A stretch of 64,000 bases of DNA from an uncultured Gammaproteobacteria bacterium (GTDB lineage Bacteria; Patescibacteriota; Microgenomatia; JALYQM01): NCBI GenBank assembly GCA_964535655.1, contig CAZHTP010000004.1:11108-75107 (forward strand), read 5' to 3'. The notes below the pieces were generated by a model. That model was not told the DNA's origin. It was given only the letters and a program-made list of their open reading frames with translations, and made no database searches. How positions within the stretch are numbered: position 1 is the first letter of the stretch; each line of letters opens with the position of its first letter. Made by a program: the position numbers and the translations under genes. Of this stretch, positions 26,455 through 34,756 are shown piece by piece.

Positions 26455-27609
26455 ATGGAGGAAATGGCAACGTTTAAGAAAATTGAATTCTTTGACTACT
26501 TGCGTGCTGTGGCGATATTGTTTATAGCGTTTTATCATTATGTGCTGGAGACAACGCTTTACCACATTCGGCCGAGTGTCACTTTTAGTTATGCTCAAAA
26601 TATGAAGTTGTTGGAGATTTTTCGTCCGGAGGCTCCTTTTCATGGCTTGGGGAATATTCTGGTTTTTTTAGCGGCGCAAGGTTACCAGTTTGTGGGAGTA
26701 TTTATTTTTATAAGCGGTTTTGGTATGACGTATTCTAAACTTACAAAGGGAAGTAAGCCATGGCAATGGGTTAAGAGAATAGGTAAATTACTGCCACAGT
26801 TTCAAATTGCGATTATTTTTGCATTTGTCGTTAATTATTTTTCTTTGCATTATTTAAAACGCTACTTAATTGCTGCTCCTACGGGAGAACTTTATCCCTA
26901 TTTGCGATTGTTATTGTATCCATTTGTCTGGCTAGATTTTTATGGACTTATTTCTTCTGTTAATCCTTCGCTATGGTTTTCGGGGTTAATTTTACAGTTT
27001 TATGTTGTTTACCACGGATTATTTTGGTTGTTGTTGAAAATTAAGCCTTGGATGTTTTTGCTCCTTATGGGTGGGTTGACTTTCTTGTATCGCTATGCGG
27101 TTTTGTTTCACTTCGAAGGGAATGCTTATTATTTCTCGCTCTTGCCGGTGCGGCTTGTAGAATTTGGTTTAGGAATGGCAGCAGCGTATATATATGTATG
27201 TTATAAAAAAGATATTTTTTATGAATCAAAATGGTGGTGGGGAATAGTAGGATTAGTGATTTGGTATCTTGGGTTTCGGTTAGGGTTTACTGAAATGGGG
27301 AGAGTAGTGAATGATTTCTTAACAACAGTGGGGTTGATGATGATAGGAACGGTTATTTTTAGAAACTTGAAATCTGGATGGCTAGCCACTTGGCTAGGAG
27401 TGATAGGTGTGCAGTCGTATTGGATATATTTATTGCATAACCAGCCAGTAACACAATTGCTTACTCCGTGGACTTTTAAGCAGTGGGACCATGATGGTAT
27501 GAATGGAATGACGTATGTACTTGGATTTGGAGGAATTATCTTCGTAAGTTTTCTTTTTAGTTGGGGACTCAATCAGAGTAAGAAATTTGTGCTACTATGG
27601 AGAGGATGA
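26455..27609 (+). CDS. Acyltransferase family 3 (OatA/WecH-like) membrane protein
   Basis: FDYLRAVAILFIAFYHY is an Acyl_transf_3 N-terminal motif. 10 or more TM helices. Confidence 0.7.
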   Translation: MEEMATFKKIEFFDYLRAVAILFIAFYHYVLETTLYHIRPSVTFSYAQNMKLLEIFRPEAPFHGLGNILVFLAAQGYQFVGVFIFISGFGMTYSKLTKGSKPWQWVKRIGKLLPQFQIAIIFAFVVNYFSLHYLKRYLIAAPTGELYPYLRLLLYPFVWLDFYGLISSVNPSLWFSGLILQFYVVYHGLFWLLLKIKPWMFLLLMGGLTFLYRYAVLFHFEGNAYYFSLLPVRLVEFGLGMAAAYIYVCYKKDIFYESKWWWGIVGLVIWYLGFRLGFTEMGRVVNDFLTTVGLMMIGTVIFRNLKSGWLATWLGVIGVQSYWIYLLHNQPVTQLLTPWTFKQWDHDGMNGMTYVLGFGGIIFVSFLFSWGLNQSKKFVLLWRG

Positions 27610-28625
27610 ACCCTGTTTTACAAGTTCCGAGAGATTTTCTTGAAGATTTTATTGCTCATGCCTCAGTTGCAACGCAGAGAGTATGGGTTCAGGCGATGGT
27701 ATTTGAAGTTGGTGTTGTGTCGGAGCGGTTTTCTGAGGTAATGATTGGCGCGGCACGGCGCGGTTGTGATGTACGCTTCCAAGTGGACTGGAATTCGAGC
27801 CAATATGTTGATGGAGATTTACGATTAACTCCAGAATTTGATTTACGGAAAAGACAGTATGCCAATGAAGTGCATAGAGCTAATGATGATTTTTATGCCC
27901 GGTTGCGCACAGAAGGTGTACAGGTAACGATACTAAATTCTCCGCTGATTATAGCTCGGATATTTCCTATATATAAACGAAACCATACTAAATTGTACAT
28001 TGCGGATAATTTCGGATGGATGGGTGGAATGAATTTGTATGATGAGGCGTATGATTATGTTGATTTTATGGTCCGTTTTGATGATGAACGGATTGTATCT
28101 GCCTTTTGCGTGCAGTTTGCTCAGGTTAATGAACATCGTCCTAAACAAAACTATGCAGTGGATTGTACCCCGGAATATAGATTCCTTGTGGATAATGGTA
28201 AAAGTGGTGAATCAATAATATATGATGCGGCAATTGAAACTGTTTCTAATGCTTTAAAATCTATAATCCTTATTTCACAAATTGTGCCAGAAGGAATTAT
28301 GCTTGCTACATTATTACAAAAAGCGGCAACAGGTGTACGTGTAACAATTGTTACTTCGCCGCGTAAAGAGAACCAGTTTAGGAAGTATCCGCAAAAATAT
28401 TTTTACGATGTATTTAAAAAACAAGTGGTTAACCAACCAAATGTTTATTTTACTCATCTACTGACTACACTTCACGCTAAACTTATTATTGTTGATGAAC
28501 ACGTTGCGCTTTTTGGCTCACATAATTTTGTTGAACAAGGTGTTTTACTTGGCACGGAAGAGATTTGTATGCGTACAGTAGACCCTGCATTATTGAGTCA
28601 ATTGATAACTTTTTCGCGTTTATAA
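27597..28625 (+). CDS. Phospholipase D-like (HKD) domain protein
   Basis: Two HxKx4D motifs: HTKLYIAD and HAKLIIVD. Confidence 0.7.
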   Translation: MERMNPVLQVPRDFLEDFIAHASVATQRVWVQAMVFEVGVVSERFSEVMIGAARRGCDVRFQVDWNSSQYVDGDLRLTPEFDLRKRQYANEVHRANDDFYARLRTEGVQVTILNSPLIIARIFPIYKRNHTKLYIADNFGWMGGMNLYDEAYDYVDFMVRFDDERIVSAFCVQFAQVNEHRPKQNYAVDCTPEYRFLVDNGKSGESIIYDAAIETVSNALKSIILISQIVPEGIMLATLLQKAATGVRVTIVTSPRKENQFRKYPQKYFYDVFKKQVVNQPNVYFTHLLTTLHAKLIIVDEHVALFGSHNFVEQGVLLGTEEICMRTVDPALLSQLITFSRL

Positions 28626-28627
28626 TG

Positions 28628-30553
28628 TTATTGGAACGTAACATCACCGTTACAGAGGATCCATTCAGATTGTAGTTTTCCTGAAGCACAATTTTCGGAA
28701 CTGGAAAATGTGGCAGTGTTTTCGGTTTCAAAATCTTTGCCGTCAATATTTATTTTATCTATCACTAAGTTGCGATCTAGTTGATCACTTGTATATTCAT
28801 CGTTGATGTAGGTAATTTTCACTGAAGCAGGGTTGATTTTGGTTGGAGCATAGAAATAGTATTGGGCAAATTGTCGATTTCTGAGATCTCCTTGAACCCC
28901 ATAATAATTGTGTAGAATTTTATTATTAATACTCACTTTTATCTTAGGGTAGATAGTATCCAACTCGGTACCTGCCGCGTACACAATAAGGCGAGAACCG
29001 ATGGTGAAGGAATCTGAGTTTGCAGATAAATCGCTATTTGTGGTTACTGCTAGTTTGTAATCTCCCGGAAGAACCTGAGGGATTTTCCAAGAATAGGCAT
29101 TATCACCAGATTTACTGGAGAGATCCTGGGCAATGGTGTTAATAACTGCGCCACTTTCTTTTTGCAATAGCAGAGCAGTTGAGAGTGGTGAGCTACTCTG
29201 GACATTCCACTTAATCGGCACAATTTTTCCTGCTAAGAATTGGTTGTCTTTTGTGGGGTTAGTAATGGTTACGGATGTGGAGTTATTAGAGAATACAACT
29301 GGTGCATTGGAAGTAGTTGGAATAGCATTGTTTTTCTGTGCTAATTGAGTATTTCCGGTTAGCACAATGCTATATTCGATGCTTGGACCGGTTTGCCATT
29401 TACCGTCAGTAAAATATTCCATGGTTGCTTGGCCAGCATATTGTCCGTTTGGTTTATTTGTAGCTGCAAAAGTTCGTACGGTACTTGTTTGTCCAGGTTT
29501 GATTATTCCACTTGTTGGTTCAAAGCCTACTCCTGAAGTAGAGGAGCTGTACTTAATATTCCAGATTGTCGCGCCGTTACTGGTAATGGTAAAGCCCTCG
29601 CCATAGACTTTGCTTTTTAAGGTTAAGCTTCTATCAATTGACTCATTTACTGCTGTTTGACTAATACTGATAGCAGCAGTGGAACCATTTAAAGCACTGC
29701 CTGAGTTTTCGTAATTAAGGGTAAGAGGCGGTGTGTCTTCGTTTGTAGGTTGAGGTGTGAGTTGGTCAGGAGAATTAGTCGCCCGAGATGTTGGTGCGGT
29801 GGTTGGTGGATTTGTAGGCGTTGTTGTTGCTGGTGGTGTATCAGGAATAGGTGTTGCCGTGTGGGTTGGTAATGGTGATGGTGTCTTAATTGGGGTTGGG
29901 GATGCCGTTTTAAGTGGGGTTGGAGATGGTGAGCGCGTTGGTGTTGGTGAAGGAGTGTTGGTTGTTCCGGTTGTGAGAGTAGCGTTATCCAACCATACTT
30001 GACCGGTTGTGCCACCCACATTAAATTCATAGCGCGGTGTTGAATCGGTGGCACTGGCCGTAAACTGGTATGTATATTGTTGCCAACTGGTAGTGATGGG
30101 GATTGCTTGCGTGAAATAGTTATTGGAATCATTTATTTTATCCATTTTGAAATCTATACTTCGTGCAGTTGAGGCTTTTGCCCAGAATCTAATTGTATAG
30201 AGTGTACCGCTTGATAGTGATGCTGTTTGATAAAATTGTGCATCAGAATTGAAATCTGATTTCGTAATATCTATTTTTACTGAGTAGCTACCATCCATAT
30301 GAGTACTGCTGTCTTGGGTGACTGTTGCAGTTGCGGTATCCAAAGTTAGATTCCAGTTAGCAATGGGAGAACCAGCGGTTTCAAAAGAGGAATTAGCCAG
30401 GTGATTTATTTCAGCAGCACTTGTTTGATCTGAAGAGCGCAAATCTCCCGGTGTAAACATTGGTTTATTTAGTACAATAAAACCAATGCCTACGGTAAAA
30501 ATAGTGGCACTGGCAATAACAATGAAATGCGATGAAAACTTTTTACTTGCCAT
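28628..30553 (-). CDS. Surface-anchored protein with CBM_4_9-like carbohydrate-binding module and Pro/Thr-rich linker
   Basis: N-terminal TM anchor. The CBM4/9-like block runs NSSFETAGSPIANW..TIRFWAKAS..VWLDNATL. A long PT-rich linker follows, then C-terminal beta-rich domains. Confidence 0.5.
   Translation of the reverse strand: MASKKFSSHFIVIASATIFTVGIGFIVLNKPMFTPGDLRSSDQTSAAEINHLANSSFETAGSPIANWNLTLDTATATVTQDSSTHMDGSYSVKIDITKSDFNSDAQFYQTASLSSGTLYTIRFWAKASTARSIDFKMDKINDSNNYFTQAIPITTSWQQYTYQFTASATDSTPRYEFNVGGTTGQVWLDNATLTTGTTNTPSPTPTRSPSPTPLKTASPTPIKTPSPLPTHTATPIPDTPPATTTPTNPPTTAPTSRATNSPDQLTPQPTNEDTPPLTLNYENSGSALNGSTAAISISQTAVNESIDRSLTLKSKVYGEGFTITSNGATIWNIKYSSSTSGVGFEPTSGIIKPGQTSTVRTFAATNKPNGQYAGQATMEYFTDGKWQTGPSIEYSIVLTGNTQLAQKNNAIPTTSNAPVVFSNNSTSVTITNPTKDNQFLAGKIVPIKWNVQSSSPLSTALLLQKESGAVINTIAQDLSSKSGDNAYSWKIPQVLPGDYKLAVTTNSDLSANSDSFTIGSRLIVYAAGTELDTIYPKIKVSINNKILHNYYGVQGDLRNRQFAQYYFYAPTKINPASVKITYINDEYTSDQLDRNLVIDKINIDGKDFETENTATFSSSENCASGKLQSEWILCNGDVTFQ
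29730..29970 (-). repeat. Low-complexity Pro/Thr/Ser-rich linker coding region
   Basis: TPSPTPTRSPSPTPLKTASPTPIKTPSPLPTHTATPIPDTPPATTTPTNPPTTAPTS. The opposite strand gives Gly/Val-rich spurious ORFs (track 29757..30002). Confidence 0.5.
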
Positions 30554-30603
30554 AAACAGGTGTTCTCTTTTATAGTAACTGAGTAGGGGTTTTTAGACAA
30601 CGT

Positions 30604-31623
30604 ATGGATGAACTGCTCGCCTTTATACAAACTGCTCGCTTTGCTGGTGCGAGTGATGAACAGATTACTGCTATCTTATCAGAAAAAGGGTGGCTAGCTG
30701 ATCAAATTCAAGCTTCATTCGCTCAATTAAAGGCACCTGTTGCGGTTTCAAGCAGTGCCATCCCTCATTTGGAGATTCCCGCAATTCCGGAGATGCCTTC
30801 TGTTGAGCCAATTCCGACTATTCAAGAAAATAGTTATATTCAAGAGGCCCCGCCTATACAGGAACAGCCAATAATTCAAGAACCTCAAGTTCCTGATATT
30901 TCCAGGTATGCAGTGCCGTCCAGTCAAATTATTCCTGATCAAGGATATATTGCGCCATCAACTCCAGCACTTCCAGACTTGGTTATCCCTACAAAAACAA
31001 AAGATGTTGTGCCAGGATATGTTAATGAATCGGCAATGGTTACGCCCAAAGAGAAACACCCTAAAACTACAATTGCGGCGATATGTATTGTATTACTTTT
31101 GGGGGTGGGGGGATTTGCTTATTGGAAAGGCTTACTACCTACTAATTTTTTTAAGCGTACTCAAGTTGCGACTTCAGTTTTTGCCCAATATGAGCCATTA
31201 AAAAGGAATACTGCGATACTCCTTACCGATTCAGTTCGATTTACGATAACCGGGTCGCAAGTGATGAGTAGTGATGACTTTAATGCGTTACAGGAGGATA
31301 GTGATGGAGTACGGGCAACCGCTGATAATGATGTTCTACTCGTATACTATACAGTTCAAAATATGAGTGATACACCACAAGTGTTAGCGACAACAGAAGG
31401 AGATTCTCAAACTTTCTCAGTGGTTGATTCTAATCAAAAGCGAGTAGATATTGCGTCTGGAATTTTTTCAGATAGTCTTACAAGTTTGGCTGATCTAAAA
31501 CCTCGTCAGTATACGAGTAACGCGATATTATTTGAAGTTCCTAAGGCGACAGATGTTCATACATTGTTCTTTATGCTTCAGTCGAGTGATGCTCGACCAG
31601 CTAAGGGGTATTTAGTGTTATAG
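30604..31623 (+). CDS. Membrane-anchored hypothetical protein, DUF4352-like C-terminal domain
   Basis: N-terminal helical domain, Pro-rich linker, one TM (TTIAAICIVLLLGVGGFAYW), and a C-terminal beta domain resembling DUF4352. Confidence 0.4.
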   Translation: MDELLAFIQTARFAGASDEQITAILSEKGWLADQIQASFAQLKAPVAVSSSAIPHLEIPAIPEMPSVEPIPTIQENSYIQEAPPIQEQPIIQEPQVPDISRYAVPSSQIIPDQGYIAPSTPALPDLVIPTKTKDVVPGYVNESAMVTPKEKHPKTTIAAICIVLLLGVGGFAYWKGLLPTNFFKRTQVATSVFAQYEPLKRNTAILLTDSVRFTITGSQVMSSDDFNALQEDSDGVRATADNDVLLVYYTVQNMSDTPQVLATTEGDSQTFSVVDSNQKRVDIASGIFSDSLTSLADLKPRQYTSNAILFEVPKATDVHTLFFMLQSSDARPAKGYLVL

Positions 31624-31906
31624 TTTTTGTTAACTCCTGAATAATTTCCTTATGCGGTTTATCTATTATTTCTTCAGGTACTTCAAGTAGGCCAGCTAGG
31701 CCAATTATTTCTCTAGTAAGAGGATTTACTAGCAGTTCCTTAAACTGAATAAATTCTCCAAATATATCTACAAGATCCTTTTCGGTAAGCAGGCCTTGTT
31801 TATAATATTCGAGTGTTTCTTGGCAGATATGCAAAAAACACTCCTGCTTCCCAGCGGGTTCGGTATGCTTGTATTTATGTATTTGGTTCTGGATGTATTT
31901 TTGCAT
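31601..31906 (-). CDS. Hypothetical protein
   Basis: ORF only. Confidence 0.25.
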   Translation of the reverse strand: MQKYIQNQIHKYKHTEPAGKQECFLHICQETLEYYKQGLLTEKDLVDIFGEFIQFKELLVNPLTREIIGLAGLLEVPEEIIDKPHKEIIQELTKTITLNTP

Positions 31907-31950
31907 ATCTACCTTATGATGATTCTAAGGTGCATAGGAAAAAAGGGGAA

Positions 31951-31985
31951 TGACAATTCTGTCAGGATTTTAGACAATAGTGTCA
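31951..31985. promoter_or_regulatory. Two operator-like inverted repeats TGACA-N4-TGTCA (31951-31964) and GACA-N4-TGTC (31972-31985), centres 21 bp apart
   Basis: tgacaattctgtca and agacaatagtgtca, read directly from the sequence in an AT-rich intergenic region upstream of the 32433 promoter module. Confidence 0.35.
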
Positions 31986-32056
31986 TGATTTTTTGTGATG
32001 GCATAGGAATTTAACTGAGTTACACTTTGGCTCGATTGATGACTAAGGAGTCGTTT

Positions 32057-32269
32057 ATGTTAGATATGTTATTTTTATACTCTCCAGTCTTTTCGCGTTT
32101 TCTGGAGCTTAAGGGTTACTGTTATCCCTTCCTTCCCAGTCTTGTTTTCTTTTTTCTAGATGTATACCATAAAATTGGGTTTTTTGATTTAGCCTTGAAG
32201 TTAACAGTTTTAGATCACATATCATCGTACTTGTATTGTGTTTATGAAGATCTTACAATGTTAGAATAA
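32057..32269 (+). CDS. Possible small F/L/Y-rich hydrophobic protein (71 aa) with perfect SD AAGGAG; may be spurious in AT-rich DNA
   Basis: AAGGAG at 32045-32050, 6 nt, ATG at 32057. The composition could simply reflect T-rich sequence. Confidence 0.25.
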   Translation: MLDMLFLYSPVFSRFLELKGYCYPFLPSLVFFFLDVYHKIGFFDLALKLTVLDHISSYLYCVYEDLTMLE

Positions 32270-32432
32270 TGATTTATAGAAAGTACTTACGGTTAGATTT
32301 TATGCGATTCAGGATGTGCCTTCTAATTGGGATGGCCGAAGATTAATACAGTTTCTTATGTTTACCTACTCGATTGAGTAGGTATTTTTTTAGCTCATTT
32401 TTGATAGTTTAATTTTTTTATGGCTTATAGTA

Positions 32433-32461
32433 TTGACTCGGATCTAAATGTGTGCTATAAT
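32433..32461 (+). promoter_or_regulatory. Near-consensus sigma70 promoter TTGACT-17-(TGc)TATAAT
   Basis: -35 TTGACT at 32433-32438, 17-nt spacer, extended -10 TGcTATAAT at 32453-32461. Confidence 0.6.
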
Positions 32462-32492
32462 CGCGCTCCAAACAATGGTTTGGGGGAAATTT

Positions 32493-32534
32493 ATGAAAAC
32501 TTATAGTATTTTTCTTATTTATTTTTTATTTTAG
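32493..32534 (+). CDS. 13-codon leader ORF MKTYSIFLIYFLF (putative leader peptide)
   Basis: GGGGG SD at 32482-32486, then ATG at 32493. The stop at 32532-32534 lies 8 nt before the terminator stem. 4 Phe, 2 Tyr, 2 Ile, 2 Leu. Confidence 0.4.
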   Translation: MKTYSIFLIYFLF

Positions 32535-32541
32535 CCGAATA

Positions 32542-32570
32542 GCGCTACTCAACTATTGAGTGGCGTTTTT
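32542..32570 (+). terminator. Intrinsic terminator: 10-bp stem (GCGCUACUCAA / UUGAGUGGCG, one G-U) + U5
   Basis: Stem 32543-32552 / 32556-32565, then ttttt at 32566-32570. It lies between the leader ORF and the downstream gene start at 32578. Confidence 0.55.
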
Positions 32571-32577
32571 AGTATGT

Positions 32578-33498
32578 ATGGCAGTTAAAGAGGCGGGTTT
32601 ACCAGAAATTGAATTTAGTAAGATAGAGCCATCGGTTCGAATGCCTAATTTGCGGGCTGTTAAAAGTAACGAAATATTGTATTCCCCAGGTGTAGAGCTA
32701 ACGGCTGAGTATGTTATGAAACATACTGAATTTAAAGATGTAACAACAGATTGTGAGTTGCTAGAAGCTACTTTAAGAACGGTAGCTGCTAACTATGCTC
32801 CCCTAGCTAATCCTGAACATGCGCTTTCTCAAGATGATGTGTACGACCTTCTTTGTAAGGACGGTAATGAAGTAGAAGGCAGATCGGTTGTTCTAGCTGC
32901 AGTTACAGAATTGCCTCACCAACAAGGGCGTGTAGTTACTTCTACGATGCGTTTCGTATTCGGTACAGATCAAGGTCGGCAAGGATTGCCTCCCATTGCA
33001 GAGATGGACTTAGTTGATGCTGTTTGGCCCAACGAAAGGGAAGGTAAGCCATATTCGACGATAGCAACGGTTGGCAGATACTGCTTAACTGAAGATGTTA
33101 GGAAGCTGCATGGTATACCTGGACATTTAACTGGTAATTTATTGAGATTAGGTTTCAATATTGGCAAGCAAAAATATCCTCCTGTAGAGTTTTTTGCTGC
33201 TGTTATGCCTCAAAGAGTCGTTCGTAATGTAAAGGCTGGTAATATTGAAGTTCGTGCTTTAGAAATGCAGTTAAAAAGAATACCGGGTTATGAGCTTGGA
33301 TTGGATTTAAGTGGGAACACTGAGGCTTTAGACTCACTTTATTCAGCTGCTAATTCAGTCGAAGAAATGCGTCGAATTCAAGAGGCTGTTTCTGCAAATG
33401 CCTATTATCTTAAGTTTTCCAAATATTGGTTACCACATTTATATGGTTATCGCGACGCTCCATCATTACATGAATTTATAGTTCCACAGGAGATCTAA
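32578..33498 (+). CDS. Hypothetical protein (about 306 aa), no recognisable motif
   Basis: ATG at 32578 (MAVKEAGLPEIEF). The track's GTG at 32560 lies inside the terminator stem. The stop is 2 nt before the next gene. GC is about 40-44% by eye, above local background. Confidence 0.45.
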   Translation: MAVKEAGLPEIEFSKIEPSVRMPNLRAVKSNEILYSPGVELTAEYVMKHTEFKDVTTDCELLEATLRTVAANYAPLANPEHALSQDDVYDLLCKDGNEVEGRSVVLAAVTELPHQQGRVVTSTMRFVFGTDQGRQGLPPIAEMDLVDAVWPNEREGKPYSTIATVGRYCLTEDVRKLHGIPGHLTGNLLRLGFNIGKQKYPPVEFFAAVMPQRVVRNVKAGNIEVRALEMQLKRIPGYELGLDLSGNTEALDSLYSAANSVEEMRRIQEAVSANAYYLKFSKYWLPHLYGYRDAPSLHEFIVPQEI

Positions 33499-33500
33499 TT

Positions 33501-34712
33501 ATGTCAGCGGAACAATCTTCGTTCAAATCTTCCGAATTATCTATTGAAAATGTTGGTCATGGTGCAAAAGTTACAATTTATTCTCTGAATGATCCTCAAG
33601 AAAAAGGAAATTTTTTTAAGTCATTGCGAGCACATGCGTTGGGCATAGGTAGAGATAACGATAGGTTTTTACTTTGGAGGCTTGGAAATGATGAGCCTGC
33701 AATGTTGGATAGAGCTGTAGAGTTAGGGTTTTTAAAAGATGAATTGCCTTTGCAAGCGATTGATTATGCTAAGTTGAAAGGTGAGGTTGCACTAGGAGAA
33801 AGAAGGCGGATTGGCGAAAAAGTAAATAGCCTTGAAGCTTTAACAATAGCAGAGTTTAGCTGGTTAAACGAAGAAAAGTTTGTAACGATATTGCCTTATA
33901 AGCAAATGCGAGAGGTTGTTTTTTCTAGAAATAAAGGTGTCTTTTCGGATGAAGCTTATGAAAAACTTCGGACTACAAAGATTGCTATCATTGGCGCAGG
34001 AGTGGGTTTTTCTATAGCCGAAGTTTTGATGTGGTTAGGTGCTGAAAATCTGATTGTAGTTGATGGTGGTACTGTAGCTCCGCATGATACTCAAAGGCTT
34101 CCTTCCAGTGGAGTACATTCCTATGGACTAAATCATGCAATACATTTTTTGCAACGGGCTTATGATTTTTTCCCTTATGGTAACTATAATGCTATTGCAA
34201 ATAATGTGGGAATTGATGAAAATTCTGATACTTTAATTGGCCTTAATAAAATACTTAATTGGGTAGGTATGGATGGATTGGTACTTGAAGAGGTTGATCA
34301 ACTCTATTTAAAAGGTGAAATAAGACGTCGTGCTAAAGTTCCGGTGTTTATGGGCTCTGATGTCGCATTAGCAGGTACAAATCAGGTGCATAGACCTGAT
34401 CAATCTTTGTTTGGAGGTCGCTTAACTGATGCTGATATGGATCAGCTTAAGACTTACTATCTCGAAGGAACTGAAATGCCTAGAGAATTCAAGACAGATG
34501 TAGTTAGGAAAGTTATGGGAAACTTCTTAACCCCTGATTTTATGCGGGCATTTGGACAAGTTATACAGTCTGGTGGAGAATATTGGCCTCAATCAGGTAT
34601 AGCTGCACGATTATCTAGCGCTATTGTTGGCGCTGCTATTATGGAATATCTAGAAGGTCATCCAATTAAAGATGAATTAATGATTGATCTTAGGACAGCA
34701 GTAAGACAGTAA
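33501..34712 (+). CDS. Rossmann-fold nucleotide-binding protein, E1/ThiF/MoeB-like (or NAD(P)-binding); no Cys; 160-aa N-terminal extension
   Basis: KIAIIGAGVGFSIAEVLMWLGAENLIVVDGGTVAPHDTQRL resembles the ThiF/E1 GxGxxG..D..D block. There are zero cysteines in 403 aa, so no E1 thioester site. Confidence 0.4.
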   Translation: MSAEQSSFKSSELSIENVGHGAKVTIYSLNDPQEKGNFFKSLRAHALGIGRDNDRFLLWRLGNDEPAMLDRAVELGFLKDELPLQAIDYAKLKGEVALGERRRIGEKVNSLEALTIAEFSWLNEEKFVTILPYKQMREVVFSRNKGVFSDEAYEKLRTTKIAIIGAGVGFSIAEVLMWLGAENLIVVDGGTVAPHDTQRLPSSGVHSYGLNHAIHFLQRAYDFFPYGNYNAIANNVGIDENSDTLIGLNKILNWVGMDGLVLEEVDQLYLKGEIRRRAKVPVFMGSDVALAGTNQVHRPDQSLFGGRLTDADMDQLKTYYLEGTEMPREFKTDVVRKVMGNFLTPDFMRAFGQVIQSGGEYWPQSGIAARLSSAIVGAAIMEYLEGHPIKDELMIDLRTAVRQ

Positions 34713-34756
34713 ATTTAGGTGGTTCCGTTGCAAATTTATGATTTTAGTTTTACTCT

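Noticed and set aside
31796-32014. 72-aa ORF in the AT-rich intergenic region
   Set aside because: It overlaps the divergent gene start and the operator-like palindromes and has no SD. Likely spurious.
32493-32534. 13-aa peptide as an MccA-like substrate for the E1/MccB-like enzyme
   Set aside because: MccA-type substrates must end in Asn. This ORF ends in Phe, and the downstream terminator fits a regulatory leader better. Its F/Y/I/L richness may also simply reflect the T-rich sequence.
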